From: Bacillus sp. (in: firmicutes)
GTDB taxonomy: Bacteria; Bacillota; Bacilli; Bacillales; DSM-1321
Direction: 5' to 3'
DNA length: 64,000 nt
NCBI GenBank assembly: GCA_045576475.1
Contig: JAZNGP010000006.1
Coordinates: forward strand, 1,115-65,114
The notes beneath the pieces were generated by a model. That model was not told the origin of the DNA. It ran no database searches and saw only the letters and a program-made list of their open reading frames with translations. The position numbers and the translations under genes are program-made. Shown piece after piece: positions 1 through 9,919 of the stretch; the stretch's first letter is position 1, and each line of letters starts with the position of its first letter.

Positions 1-151
1 TCCCACACACCACATAAAAATCGTGACAGCAGCTGCCTAGGAAACTTCCGGCCATTTTCACCGCAAACTGTAGCTTTACTAAGGGCATGGCTTCTGTCGC
101 CCGTTCTTCACTTCGAATATCGTTATTTATAATCTGTAGTCTTACATTCAT
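1..151 (-). CDS. Small ORF, truncated at window edge (MNVRLQIINNDIRSEERATEAMPLVKLQFAVKMAGSFLGSCCHDFYVVCG...), possible leader ORF
   Basis: ATG at 151 preceded by GAGGT at 7-nt spacing; 50 open codons to the window start; not in the ORF track. Confidence 0.45.
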   Translation of the reverse strand, partial: MNVRLQIINNDIRSEERATEAMPLVKLQFAVKMAGSFLGSCCHDFYVVCG

Positions 152-186
152 TAATTTGACCTCATAAGAATCTTTTGCCTAAACAC

Positions 187-247
187 AAAAAATCCGATAT
201 ATGCACGTGTCACCTCAATGACTTGCATTCATATACCGGATTTCTTT
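187..247 (-). terminator. Intrinsic terminator downstream of tRNA-Arg(CCU)
   Basis: Imperfect inverted repeat AAATCCGGTATAT..ATGCA / TGCAT..ATATCGGATTT followed by a T7 run on the minus strand. Confidence 0.65.
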
Positions 248-255
248 TCAAATAA

Positions 256-329
256 CGTCCTGGAAGGGATTTGAACCCCCGACCTACGGCTTAGGAGGCC
301 GTCGCTCTATCCAGCTGAGCTACCAGGAC
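256..329 (-). tRNA. tRNA-Arg, anticodon CCU (reads AGG)
   Basis: Cloverleaf read by hand: acceptor GTCCTGG/CCAGGAC, D-arm GCTC/GAGC, anticodon stem ACGGC/GCCGT with loop CTCCTAA, T-loop TTCAAAT, discriminator G; CCA not encoded. Confidence 0.93.
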
Positions 330-449
330 AAAATACAAATATGTACATCCTTGCATTATAAGAGGACAAAAGTTATTTTATCATAGATTATAGACTTTGC
401 TCAAGCTTTTTATATGATTGACGCAGACACTTCAAGAAAGAATGCGATT

Positions 450-1004
450 CTATACCACTTCAACAACAATACTTTGATGAAATTCCTCTTCTATATACAC
501 AAGGACTTTCCAGATCCCTGCTGATGGAAATCTTAAAGATGTAGGCATGTTAACACTATCAGGGCTTACCTCAGCACTCTCATAAAAGGCACTTGGACCA
601 GAAAGGACATCCACAAGTTCCTCTGTCCCTTTTTTTATGACTTTTACTTCTACAGGTTGACCGTAAATATTATTCTTGCCAAAATAAAACCAAAAATATT
701 TCTGGTTGTCTTTTGCTTTGATCGGAAACGGACCAGTAAAGCCTACGCCATCTTGGCTTCCTACCACCGTATATGAACCTTCTTCACCGCTTTCATATTC
801 AACTGAATGCTCGAATGCCGGGGTAAGTTCCCAATCATTCTCTGGAATTTCATAACGAATTTTATCCAGACTGTCTTGCACTGCATTTTCTTCCTCTATT
901 TCTTCTATCTCATTCGCAACATGGCTTTTCGGATTGGAAGTGCAAGCAGCCAATGAACCGGCCGCCGTCAGTAATAATGATAAAGTCAGAAGACGTTTTT
1001 GCAT
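450..1004 (-). CDS. Lipoprotein, probably DUF4871-like
   Basis: Signal peptide with lipobox LAAC; strong RBS GGGAGG; W..T..F...GF.G.F...KYFW..G..G.WK pattern recalls DUF4871 from memory (not searched). Confidence 0.7.
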   Translation of the reverse strand: MQKRLLTLSLLLTAAGSLAACTSNPKSHVANEIEEIEEENAVQDSLDKIRYEIPENDWELTPAFEHSVEYESGEEGSYTVVGSQDGVGFTGPFPIKAKDNQKYFWFYFGKNNIYGQPVEVKVIKKGTEELVDVLSGPSAFYESAEVSPDSVNMPTSLRFPSAGIWKVLVYIEEEFHQSIVVEVV

Positions 1005-1065
1005 GTAAATACCTCCCTTTACTATTCAATACATGTGAAGACAAAAGCCGTTCCTTAATGATTAA

Positions 1066-1100
1066 AATTAGAGGTCCATATACATTTTGAACCTCTAATT
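1066..1100 (-). terminator. Hairpin/terminator downstream of hutH
   Basis: AATTAGAGGT..ACCTCTAATT inverted repeat with AT-rich flanks. Confidence 0.6.
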
Positions 1101-1194
1101 ATACTGTTATTTCTCTATTCCACAGCCAAAACGTTCATGTGGATTTAGAGTTTTTCCTGTCTATTCCTATTGAAAACTTCTGGAAGATCGCTGC

Positions 1195-2739
1195 TTATAC
1201 CTCATGCAAGGAACTTTCCTCCGAATTTGCATTCCGCATTACTTTCATTATCCAATCTTCCGTATTCATTGCTTCGGCCAGCTCTTCGATATCCTTCGAA
1301 AAGACTCTGTCAGTTGTAATCACAGGAACGATTGAACGTATATTACGGTGCAGATTTTCCCCGAACGCCGACAATCGGCCGCTTCCGTGGAAATCGGCTG
1401 CCTGTGCCGCACAAATAGCTTCTATTGCGAGCACTTTCCGTGCATTTTGGATGATGCTGTATGCATGACGGGCAGCAGTTGTTCCCATGCTCACATGGTC
1501 TTCCTGATTGGCGGAAGAAGGAATTGAGTCCACGCTTGACGGATGTGCGAGCACTTTATTCTCAGATACAAGAGAAGCAGCCACATACTGAGGAATCATC
1601 AGACCGGATTCGAGTCCCGGCTTATTGCTTAAGAAAGGAGGAAGCACATCATTCAGCTGAGCATTCACAAGCCGTTCGATCCTCCTTTCGGAAATATTGG
1701 CGAGCTCGGAAATGGCGATTCCGAGGAAGTCCATCGCAAACGCAATCGGCTGTCCATGAAAATTCCCTCCGGAAATCACTTTTCCGCTGTCGGAAAAAAT
1801 GAGCGGATTATCGGTGGCCGCATTCATTTCAATACTAAGCTTATCTTCCACATAATGCAGCACTTGCCTGATCGCTCCGTGCACTTGGGGAATGCAGCGG
1901 AGGGAATACGCATCCTGTACCCTGATTTCACCTTGAACGGTCGTAAGGCGGCTTCCATCCATGTAGGATAATATCCGGCCCGCTGTTGCCTGCTGCTCCG
2001 GATACGGTCTGACTTCATGCGTCTCAGGGCTGAAGGCATCCACGACTCCTCTGAGCCCCTCCAAGGTCAAAGCAGCGATCACATCCGCATTATCAGCAAG
2101 ACTTAAAGCCTCCATATAAGAAATGATTCCTACCGCTGTCATTGCCTGAGTGCCATTAATAAGTGCCAATCCTTCTTTCGCTTGCAGCTCCACAGGACAC
2201 AAACCAGCTTTCTCAAGTGCCGCTGCTCCATTCATCCTTCTACCCTCGTAATAAGCCTCTCCTTCCCCAATCAGCACCAGCGCCAAATGCGCTAATGGTG
2301 CCAGGTCTCCGCTCGCCCCAAGCGAGCCTTGGGAAGGAATGACAGGATGGATCGAATGATTGATGCAATCCAACAACAGCTGCATGGTTTTAAGGCGTAT
2401 CCCCGAAAAACCCTTCGCCAGCGCATTCGCTCTCAACAGCAGCATCAGCCGGCTGACATCCTCCGAATACGGCTCTCCGACTGCACACGCATGGCTTCTG
2501 ATCAAATTCAACTGCAGCTGTCCGACATCTGCAGCGGAGATAGCCGTATCACTGAACTTGCCGAATCCTGTATTCACACCATAAATCACCTTTCCTTGCC
2601 CGACCATCTGCTCAATCATCATACGGCTCTCATGTACACGACGAATCGCCGTTTCATGTAATTCAACTTGCTCATTATGATAAACGATTCTCTTTATTTT
2701 CTCGAATGACAATGAATTTCCATCAAGCAATACCTTCAT
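1195..2739 (-). CDS. hutH: Histidine ammonia-lyase
   Basis: MIO-forming ASG in [12 protein letters not shown]; [22 protein letters not shown] and NQEDHVSMG motifs; start moved to ATG 2739 (MKVLLDG) behind RBS GAAAGGGG. Confidence 0.97.
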   Translation of the reverse strand: MKVLLDGNSLSFEKIKRIVYHNEQVELHETAIRRVHESRMMIEQMVGQGKVIYGVNTGFGKFSDTAISAADVGQLQLNLIRSHACAVGEPYSEDVSRLMLLLRANALAKGFSGIRLKTMQLLLDCINHSIHPVIPSQGSLGASGDLAPLAHLALVLIGEGEAYYEGRRMNGAAALEKAGLCPVELQAKEGLALINGTQAMTAVGIISYMEALSLADNADVIAALTLEGLRGVVDAFSPETHEVRPYPEQQATAGRILSYMDGSRLTTVQGEIRVQDAYSLRCIPQVHGAIRQVLHYVEDKLSIEMNAATDNPLIFSDSGKVISGGNFHGQPIAFAMDFLGIAISELANISERRIERLVNAQLNDVLPPFLSNKPGLESGLMIPQYVAASLVSENKVLAHPSSVDSIPSSANQEDHVSMGTTAARHAYSIIQNARKVLAIEAICAAQAADFHGSGRLSAFGENLHRNIRSIVPVITTDRVFSKDIEELAEAMNTEDWIMKVMRNANSEESSLHEV

Positions 2740-2784
2740 AATCCATTCCCCTTTCAGCACGTTAATGCAGTAAAATCGCATAAT

Positions 2785-2842
2785 AAAAAGGGACTATATC
2801 ATTAACTGCTTGATATAGCCCCCTGATCACTAATCACTATGG
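2785..2842 (-). promoter_or_regulatory. HutP-dependent antitermination site (UAG repeats overlapping an intrinsic terminator)
   Basis: CATAG-TGATTAG-TGATCAG runs into hairpin GGGGCTATATCA/TGATATAGTCCC + T5, the same layout as the B. subtilis hutP-hutH intergenic terminator; further TAG triplets at about 2860-2886. Confidence 0.88.
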
Positions 2843-2913
2843 GCTTGCTTATAAAATGATCTATTCCTTATTTCAACTAACCTATACCGAATTCTAAAAT
2901 ATGCATCTGTTTA

Positions 2914-3372
2914 TTAAATATGATTAAAGCCCAATCCGAGCACTTCATGCTCGAAGCCTTTCTTCGGAGCCCCAATCGTTCCGTAAATGCAGACAGAAAT
3001 CCATTCATCTTCATGTTCCGGAATCTTCATCTTCCCTCTTACCACACTGAAGGTCAATCCGACAGTGCGAAGGATTTCCCCGAATTGCAGCGATCCCCTT
3101 CCCACCCCTTGGACCGCTTCCAGAATGGTATGGTATAAAGCGTGGATTTCCCTATATGAATCCGGATTAATGATGGCATTCGCTTTCGCACTCGTCTCGA
3201 TCGCGGCAATCACTTTGTTCATATCCATACTGCCGACTTTGCCGACCGTATAGCGGCAATGCTGCTCATCCAATTGCTGTTTCACTTGTTCCTCCGCTGC
3301 TGTATGCTGCAGGAGGACCAAAAGCGCAGCCGATTTCCCCAATGCCAACCGTTCTTCTTTCTGAACTGACAA
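2914..3372 (-). CDS. hutP: Hut operon antiterminator
   Basis: GKVGSMD, YRExHALYH and GxIGAPxKGxEHE motifs; TTG start with RBS GGAAAGGGAG. Confidence 0.96.
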   Translation of the reverse strand: MSVQKEERLALGKSAALLVLLQHTAAEEQVKQQLDEQHCRYTVGKVGSMDMNKVIAAIETSAKANAIINPDSYREIHALYHTILEAVQGVGRGSLQFGEILRTVGLTFSVVRGKMKIPEHEDEWISVCIYGTIGAPKKGFEHEVLGLGFNHI

Positions 3373-3480
3373 AGCGCTCCCTTTCCCTTCAGAAAAACTG
3401 TATTGTAATCATTTGTATAAATTTTACAACATTTCGAATCATCAGGCAATTGGTTCCTTGGAAAGAAATCAAGATAATAT

Positions 3481-3595
3481 TAATTTACGCTGCGAACGGG
3501 CGCTTACTGGGGGGGCATGGCTTCAGCCTCCTCGACTAAGTCTGCTTAGGTCTCACCCTGCTCGCTGATCCTGCAGGAGTCTCACACATCCGCTA
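3481..3595. repeat. GC-rich palindromic intergenic repeat, copy A
   Basis: 45-nt core 3543-3587 matches 37601-37645 with 2 mismatches; left end matches the reverse complement of about 26345-26375. Confidence 0.85.
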
Positions 3596-3662
3596 TAATA
3601 TGATGAACTGGTCTATTCACTGAACTCATTCATAACAACAACTTATAAAAATGTGCATAAAA

Positions 3663-3688
3663 AAAGATAACCAGTGTTGGTTATCTTT
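3663..3688 (-). terminator. Terminator downstream of tRNA-Arg(UCU)
   Basis: AAAGATAACCA-gtgt-TGGTTATCTTT perfect stem with T run. Confidence 0.8.
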
Positions 3689-3693
3689 AGTGA

Positions 3694-3767
<74 letters not shown>

Positions 3768-3817
3768 ACGGTATGTATGATGTTTTTTTGTTTGTTAATT
3801 TCCTAAGGACAATTATT

Positions 3818-3846
3818 ATTATATTAACATATCATGCAAAAGTCAA
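3818..3846 (-). promoter_or_regulatory. SigA promoter of tRNA-Arg(UCU)
   Basis: TTGACT-17 nt-TATAAT. Confidence 0.85.
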
Positions 3847-3900
3847 CACTTTTTATAAAAGTTTTTTTAAGCAGGAAGAGGTTTTCTTCCTGCTGTTTTA

Positions 3901-4428
3901 TTATACCTTTTTTCTGTTCAATTTGTAAGTGGCAAATAAACTTTCTACTGGTTTTCCGTCCCGTTCGAAAAACTCGACCTTTGCACGGTCATCTACAATA
4001 TCGATGATGCAGTATGTCTTTTCTTTTCTTCCGCGCGGGAGGAGGATGCTTCCTGGATTGATGTACAGGATGCCATCATCATCCATCATGCTGCCGGGTC
4101 TGTGCGAGTGGCCGAATAATACGATGTCGGCTTGTTCTTCTGCCGCTTTGTAGGAAAGTCTTTGCAGATTGATGCCGATATTGTATAGATGTCCATGCGT
4201 AACCAATAATCGGTATCCGCCTACTTCTTTAACTTGATGGTCTGCGAAGTCCTGCCCATAATCGCAGTTCCCTTTTACGTACACGAATCCTTCAAGGGCT
4301 TCATGTCCTTTTTCAAGCTCCGAATCGCCGCAATGGATCATGGCTGCCACTTCACTGCCATGCTTCTCCTTCAAAAATTCAATATCCTCTGTGCGTCCAT
4401 GACTGTCACTTACTACAAGTATTTTCAC
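3901..4428 (-). CDS. ysnB: YfcE/MJ0936-family metallophosphoesterase
   Basis: SDSH, HCGD, GNCD, THGH, FGHSH and NPGS motifs; synteny with rdgB-rph. Confidence 0.93.
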   Translation of the reverse strand: MKILVVSDSHGRTEDIEFLKEKHGSEVAAMIHCGDSELEKGHEALEGFVYVKGNCDYGQDFADHQVKEVGGYRLLVTHGHLYNIGINLQRLSYKAAEEQADIVLFGHSHRPGSMMDDDGILYINPGSILLPRGRKEKTYCIIDIVDDRAKVEFFERDGKPVESLFATYKLNRKKV

Positions 4429-4444
4429 ACCGGTTCCTTCTTTC

Positions 4445-5038
4445 TTATTGAAATAGATGAAGCTGCTTTTTCAGCTCTTTCAGGGCATTTGCCCGGTGGC
4501 TGATTGCGTTTTTCTCTTGCGGGTCCATTTCAGCCGTCGTCTTGCCCGCAGCAGGTACATAGAAAATCGGATCATAGCCGAATCCATTTTCTCCTTGGCG
4601 TTCTTTCAGGATCACACCTTCAAGCTGCCCGCGGTAAGTCACTGTTTCCTGACCAGGACGTGCAACAGCGAGTACACAGTGGAACTGTGCCGTACGCTTC
4701 TCATCGGGGACATCGGATAGCTCATTCAACACTTTATCCATATTGGCTTCGTCGTTTTTCTGCTCCCCTGCGTATCTTGCCGAGTAGACACCAGGCCGGC
4801 CGTCGAGGGCATCGATCATTAAACCGGAATCGTCCGCCAGCGCCATTTTATTGAATTGGGCACTTAAGGATTCCGCTTTCAAGATGGCATTCTCTTCGAA
4901 GGTGGAGCCTGTCTCCTCCACATCCTCCGCTCCTTCAAGATCATGCAAAGTCAGAACCTTGTATCCCATTGGTTCGAACATTGCTTCGAATTCTTTTGCT
5001 TTCCCTTTATTTTGTGTGGCGATCAATAATTCCTTCAA
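4445..5038 (-). CDS. rdgB: XTP/dITP diphosphatase
   Basis: ATxNKGK, ETGxTFEENA, ADDSGL, GFGYDPIF and KNxISHR motifs; TTG start. Confidence 0.96.
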   Translation of the reverse strand: MKELLIATQNKGKAKEFEAMFEPMGYKVLTLHDLEGAEDVEETGSTFEENAILKAESLSAQFNKMALADDSGLMIDALDGRPGVYSARYAGEQKNDEANMDKVLNELSDVPDEKRTAQFHCVLAVARPGQETVTYRGQLEGVILKERQGENGFGYDPIFYVPAAGKTTAEMDPQEKNAISHRANALKELKKQLHLFQ

Positions 5039-5040
5039 TG

Positions 5041-5793
5041 TTATTCCCCTTCTTTTCTCCCGATAGAATCAGCGATTTCCCCCAGTGCTTCCCGTTGCAG
5101 CCTGACAATTTCCGTCAAGCCTGCAGATGCTTGGGAAAGCATGTCCTGCAGCTGTGTATACGAGAATGTCGCTTCTTCTCCAGTACCCTGCAGCTCGACG
5201 AACTCTCCGCTCCCTGTCATGACGACATTCATGTCGACCATGGCCTGTGAATCCTCCACATAATCGAGATCCAATACCGCTCCATGTTCTTCAATGATGC
5301 CGACACTTGTTGCCATTAGGAAATCTTTAATCGGTAATGTTGTAATTTTATTTTCTTTATACAGTTTATCGAAAGCAAGTGCCATCGCAACGAAGGCACC
5401 TGTGATGGATGCCGTACGTGTTCCTCCATCCGCTTGGATCACATCGCAATCCACCCAGACAGTCCTTTCACCCATTGCTTCCAGATCCACTACAGCTCGT
5501 AATGCACGGCCGATCAGGCGCTGTATTTCCATCGTCCTGCCCGTGATCTTCCCTTTTGCCGCTTCACGGATATTCCGCTGTTCCGTTGCCGCTGGAAGCA
5601 TGGAATACTCGGCTGTCACCCAGCCTTTACCTTCTCCACGCATGAAAGGAGGCACCCTTTCATCGATTGATGCAGAGCAGATCACCTTCGTGTCGCCGAC
5701 TGTGATCAGGACCGAACCTGCTGGGTGTTTCAAATAATTCGTTTGTATATGTATAGGTCTTAATTCTTCTTTTTGACGGCCGTCATGGCGCAT
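5041..5793 (-). CDS. rph: Ribonuclease PH
   Basis: [22 protein letters not shown] and [13 protein letters not shown] motifs. Confidence 0.98.
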   Translation of the reverse strand: MRHDGRQKEELRPIHIQTNYLKHPAGSVLITVGDTKVICSASIDERVPPFMRGEGKGWVTAEYSMLPAATEQRNIREAAKGKITGRTMEIQRLIGRALRAVVDLEAMGERTVWVDCDVIQADGGTRTASITGAFVAMALAFDKLYKENKITTLPIKDFLMATSVGIIEEHGAVLDLDYVEDSQAMVDMNVVMTGSGEFVELQGTGEEATFSYTQLQDMLSQASAGLTEIVRLQREALGEIADSIGRKEGE

Positions 5794-5935
5794 ACAAAAA
5801 TCCTCCTTCGGTTTCTTGTTTAGCTTACTTTTTCTTTACCCCATTCCAGGTTAAAGAATCCAAAAGATAAGCCCATAAAGAAGAGGCGGCTTATAGCACG
5901 CCTCTTCTTTCATTAGTATAACAAAAAAACACCGT

Positions 5936-6991
5936 TTACAAACTAGAACCGTTCACTTTTTCAGGACGGCTGACAGGTTCGCTCAGCTCTTTGCCTTCCT
6001 GCGTCTTCAAAGTGGCTTTTCCATTCACCATTACTTCCACACTGTCGATTCCGTTTTGCTCAGTGAGGGAAAGCACCAATGCATCAAGCAGCCGATCCGA
6101 TACAACTTGCTCTTCGAAGCTGCCATATATATTTTCATTGAAATTCAATTCTGCTTTCCCGTCTTTGATGACCGGATGATCCAGTAACGCCAAATCAGGC
6201 ATGAATTCCGTCAACAGGCCGGAAGATAGGGAAGGTCCTTCCGTAAGCTCCTCCACCACAGCGGCGGCTAAATTCTCCTCTGAGCCATCGATCCTTTTCG
6301 TGACAGGGACATAATAGTAATTGTCCTCTTCCCCTCCAAGATAATAGACTGTGAGCGGCTTTGTATCCGAGATATCTAGTGAATCCGAAGTATCGACATT
6401 TATCCCTCCTGCTCTGGACAGCTGTTTGGAAATAGGAGTTTGATTAACGGGCATTTCCGTCAAATCATAGCCGTTCATCTTCATTTTCACTGTTTTGATG
6501 GCATCGAATTGAGTCAATGTCCAAGTGATGGACTGAAGGATCTTCAATTCATCTTCCGGGTTATAACTGGCGAATTCCGGGGAGAAATCGACAGTCGCCA
6601 CTCCTTCATCCGTAATATTCAAGGCCACTTGTGTGTCTGCCGGCAGAACGGCACGAAAGCCATTCGGCATGATTTCGGAGACAGGGCCTTTGTCCACCAA
6701 GTATTCAAGCGCCTGTTTTGCCACAGCCACGCCATCAGGATTCGGAAGACTGACGGATTGCGGAACCACATAACCCTTCTTATCAATGAGATACAGTTCC
6801 GTCATAACGCTTCCGTCTGCTGTTTCTTGTTCAGCACCTTCCTTCCCGGCGGATTCCAGGGACGCTTCGTCTTCCACATATGTTTCCTTCTGCGGCGGGT
6901 CGATTTTCTTATCGTCAAACAATCCGCACCCGCCTAACCATACAGATGAAACCAACATACAGGATATGGCCACATTTGATTTCTTGGACAT
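5936..6991 (-). CDS. gerM: Sporulation/germination lipoprotein GerM
   Basis: Lipobox LGGC, tandem GerMN-like domains, synteny racE-gerM-rph; start ATG 6991 behind GGAGGG. Confidence 0.92.
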   Translation of the reverse strand: MSKKSNVAISCMLVSSVWLGGCGLFDDKKIDPPQKETYVEDEASLESAGKEGAEQETADGSVMTELYLIDKKGYVVPQSVSLPNPDGVAVAKQALEYLVDKGPVSEIMPNGFRAVLPADTQVALNITDEGVATVDFSPEFASYNPEDELKILQSITWTLTQFDAIKTVKMKMNGYDLTEMPVNQTPISKQLSRAGGINVDTSDSLDISDTKPLTVYYLGGEEDNYYYVPVTKRIDGSEENLAAAVVEELTEGPSLSSGLLTEFMPDLALLDHPVIKDGKAELNFNENIYGSFEEQVVSDRLLDALVLSLTEQNGIDSVEVMVNGKATLKTQEGKELSEPVSRPEKVNGSSL

Positions 6992-7074
6992 TTTTTTCCC
7001 TCCAGACATAGTTTGTACTACTATGTATACGAGCCTGATGCCGGAATAGACCGCACAAAGAAAAAAACTCCCTG

Positions 7075-7881
7075 CTAGAGAGAGTTTTGGAAATTTGCTT
7101 TATTCACTTCGCTGATCGGGATATTGAGCCAAGATGCAGCAATCCTTTTGAATATGCGGCGGGAGCCTGTTGTATAGAATAGATGCTCCGGCTTCACTTT
7201 GCCTGTATTGAGCAAATTATGGTAATCCAGAATCGTACTCGCTTCCCTTGCTGTCTCATCGCCTGAAGAAATCACTTTCACATCATTTCCCAGTGTCCTT
7301 TGAATCGCTTTCCCAAGCAGAGGATAATGCGTGCAACCCAATATCAACGTATCTATGTCTGTTCCCTTCAACGGGCTCAGTGATTCCGCGACCACTTTCT
7401 CCGCAAGCGGGCTTGCATACTGTTCGCTTTCCACAAGGGGCACGAATTTCGGACAGGCGATTCCCGTCACTTCGACTTGCTTGTTGATGGAGTGGAGTGC
7501 TTCTGTATAAGCGTTGCTCTTAATGGTCCCTTCCGTTCCGATGATGCCGATTTTCAGATTATTCGAGTGCTTGATGGCAGCTCTTGCTCCCGGATGGATC
7601 ACACCGATCACAGGGATATTCACTTTCTTCTTAATATCATCAAGTGCGGCTGCAGTAGCCGTATTACAGGCAATAATCAGCATCTTGATATTCTTCTCCA
7701 GCAGGAAATCAGTGAGCTCCCACGTGAAGGCTTTCACTTCCTGCTTTGTTCTTGGACCGTACGGACAACGTAAATTATCCCCTAAATAAATGATTTGTTC
7801 ATATGGCAGCTGGCGGAGAATTTCCTTTGCCACAGTCAATCCGCCAACCCCGGAATCTATAATACCGATTGGTTGTCTCAT
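7075..7881 (-). CDS. racE: Glutamate racemase
   Basis: [16 protein letters not shown] and LGCTHYP catalytic motifs. Confidence 0.97.
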   Translation of the reverse strand: MRQPIGIIDSGVGGLTVAKEILRQLPYEQIIYLGDNLRCPYGPRTKQEVKAFTWELTDFLLEKNIKMLIIACNTATAAALDDIKKKVNIPVIGVIHPGARAAIKHSNNLKIGIIGTEGTIKSNAYTEALHSINKQVEVTGIACPKFVPLVESEQYASPLAEKVVAESLSPLKGTDIDTLILGCTHYPLLGKAIQRTLGNDVKVISSGDETAREASTILDYHNLLNTGKVKPEHLFYTTGSRRIFKRIAASWLNIPISEVNKANFQNSL

Positions 7882-8192
7882 AATCGCCTCAATCTTCCTT
7901 CATTTCTCGTTGTCATGGAAGCATATAATCTCCATCCCGACTGGCCCAGTTCATTCTGAGTCTCTTTTACATGAAATACTATCTAACATTTTCGCTTAAT
8001 TTGAAAGAAATTTCAAGCTGACGGGTTTTTAGACAAATCCAAACAAAGATTAGAAGATATTCATGCAATTCTGCAGCACCAATAAAAAAAGCAGAAAAGC
8101 TCTTCCTTCAGCAAGGGCTTGGTTCTGCTTTGAATTTCTAATTGTCTGTTCAGGAATCCTGAAGTGACAGACTTTCTGTGTGATAACCTGTG

Positions 8193-8417
8193 TTACAGGT
8201 GGAGTTCGCCCATACGAAGAAGTTCTACTACTGCCTGTGAACGGCCTTTCACTCCCAACTTTTGCATCGCATTGGAAATATGGTTCCTGACAGTCTTTTC
8301 GCTAATAAACAATTCACCTGCTATTTCCTTCGTTGTTTTATCCTGTACTAATAACTCAAATACTTCTTTTTCTCTTTTGGTGAGTAGCGGCTTATGAGTG
8401 AATTCATTCTCCTTCAA
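8193..8417 (-). CDS. gerE: Spore coat transcription regulator GerE (LuxR HTH)
   Basis: LLTKREKEVFELLVQDKTTKEIA...SEKTVRNHISN; TTG start at 8417 behind AGGAGG. Confidence 0.97.
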   Translation of the reverse strand: MKENEFTHKPLLTKREKEVFELLVQDKTTKEIAGELFISEKTVRNHISNAMQKLGVKGRSQAVVELLRMGELHL

Positions 8418-8556
8418 GTACTGTAACCTCCTTGCCTTTGACCAGCTAACCAAGTGATGGGTATAGAATTAGTCAAATTATATTATGTAAAGGAGGTTCA
8501 TTGAGTGACGGATATCCAGTTTTTATTCCAATTAACGTAAAGCTGCTGGCATGTAT

Positions 8557-9021
8557 TTACATCAGAATACTGCTTTTTTGCAGAAATGTCCTCTTCTCTT
8601 CCTCTGTCCAGCCGACAGGCTTTCCGCTGGTGCGGGAGATTTGGACGATGGTTCCCCGTCCTGTAAAGGCAGTCTTTCCCTTTGAATCCAAGCCCATGTA
8701 ATGGATGTCGACAGATGAGTTGCCGACAGAATCCGCCTTTACATACAAATGGATCGTCTCATCGAAATATACTTGTTTCAGAAAGTCACATTGTAAGTCC
8801 GCGACAACAGGAATGAGGTCATAGTTTGGATCGAACCAGTTCTGCATATACCCCAAATGCTTGAAATATTCTATCCTTGCAGATTCGAAATACGTGAACG
8901 GGACTGTGTTGTTCAAGTGTCCGAACATATCCGTTTCCGAGAAACGCACATTAATTTTATGAGAAAAAACAAACTCGCTCTTCCATTGTTCCATATCCGA
9001 AATATAAGCAATTTTCGCCAT
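8557..9021 (-). CDS. ysmA: Acyl-CoA thioesterase (4HBT/YbgC-like)
   Basis: VRFSETDMFGHLNN motif; synteny sdhB-ysmA-gerE. Confidence 0.9.
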   Translation of the reverse strand: MAKIAYISDMEQWKSEFVFSHKINVRFSETDMFGHLNNTVPFTYFESARIEYFKHLGYMQNWFDPNYDLIPVVADLQCDFLKQVYFDETIHLYVKADSVGNSSVDIHYMGLDSKGKTAFTGRGTIVQISRTSGKPVGWTEEEKRTFLQKSSILM

Positions 9022-9057
9022 GAGTATCCTCCTAAAATAGTGGTCTAATTACATATA

Positions 9058-9077
9058 ATGAATGAATAATCATTCAT
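9058..9077. promoter_or_regulatory. FadR (YsiA) operator upstream of ysmA
   Basis: ATGAATGAATAATCATTCAT fits the Bacillus FadR box WTGAATGAMTANTCATTCAN and is identical to 19519-19538. Confidence 0.85.
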
Positions 9078-9154
9078 TATATGTCGAAATATGTTCCCCG
9101 GGAAATATGCCCGGGGAAAGGAAAGAAAAGCTCCCAGCAGACTGGGAGCAATGA

Positions 9155-9916
9155 TTAAACTTGGTCACTGCCAAAAAAGCTTCTGAATGACTGAACCATT
9201 GTATCACGGTTCAAAGCTGCGATACTTGTGGTCAAAGGAATACCCTTCGGACAAGACTGCACGCAGTTTTGGGAATTACCGCAGCTCGCCAAGCCTCCGT
9301 CACCCATAATGGCTTCCAAACGTTCTCCCCTGTTCATTGCACCTGTCGGATGTGCATTGAACAGACGTACTTGGGAAAGTGGTGCAGGACCGATGAAATC
9401 AGATTTGCTGTTCACATTCGGGCATGCTTCCAAACAAACACCACAAGTCATACATTTAGAAAGTTCATATGCCCACTGACGCTTCTTCTCGGGCATACGA
9501 GGACCAGGTCCTAAATCGTACGTGCCATCGATTGGAATCCACGCTTTCACTTTCTTAAGTGAATCGAACATACGGCTTCTATCAATCTGAAGATCACGAA
9601 CTACCGGGAATGTTTTCATCGGCTCTAAGCGGATCGGCTGCTCAAGCTTGTCCACCAAGGCAGTACAGGACTGTCTTGGCTTTCCATTGATGACCATCGA
9701 GCAAGCTCCGCAAACTTCTTCAAGACAGTTCATGTCCCATGTTACAGGCGATGTTTTTTCCCCTTTTGCATTGACCGGATTTCTTCTGATCTCCATCAAT
9801 GCGGATATAACGTTCATATTTGGACGATAAGGAATGACAAATTCCTCTTCGTAAGGGGTCGAGTCAGTGTTATCTTGTCGAGTTATGATAAATCGGATAC
9901 TTTTTTGATCTGACAT
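9155..9916 (-). CDS. sdhB: Succinate dehydrogenase iron-sulfur subunit
   Basis: CLEEVCGACSM, CMTCGVCLEACP and CGNSQNCVQSCP Fe-S motifs. Confidence 0.98.
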   Translation of the reverse strand: MSDQKSIRFIITRQDNTDSTPYEEEFVIPYRPNMNVISALMEIRRNPVNAKGEKTSPVTWDMNCLEEVCGACSMVINGKPRQSCTALVDKLEQPIRLEPMKTFPVVRDLQIDRSRMFDSLKKVKAWIPIDGTYDLGPGPRMPEKKRQWAYELSKCMTCGVCLEACPNVNSKSDFIGPAPLSQVRLFNAHPTGAMNRGERLEAIMGDGGLASCGNSQNCVQSCPKGIPLTTSIAALNRDTMVQSFRSFFGSDQV

Positions 9917-9919
9917 GAT

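Noticed and set aside
7882-7920. Possible ysmB C-terminal remnant (QREMKED*) upstream of racE
   Set aside because: Seven codons behind an in-frame stop; too short to separate from chance
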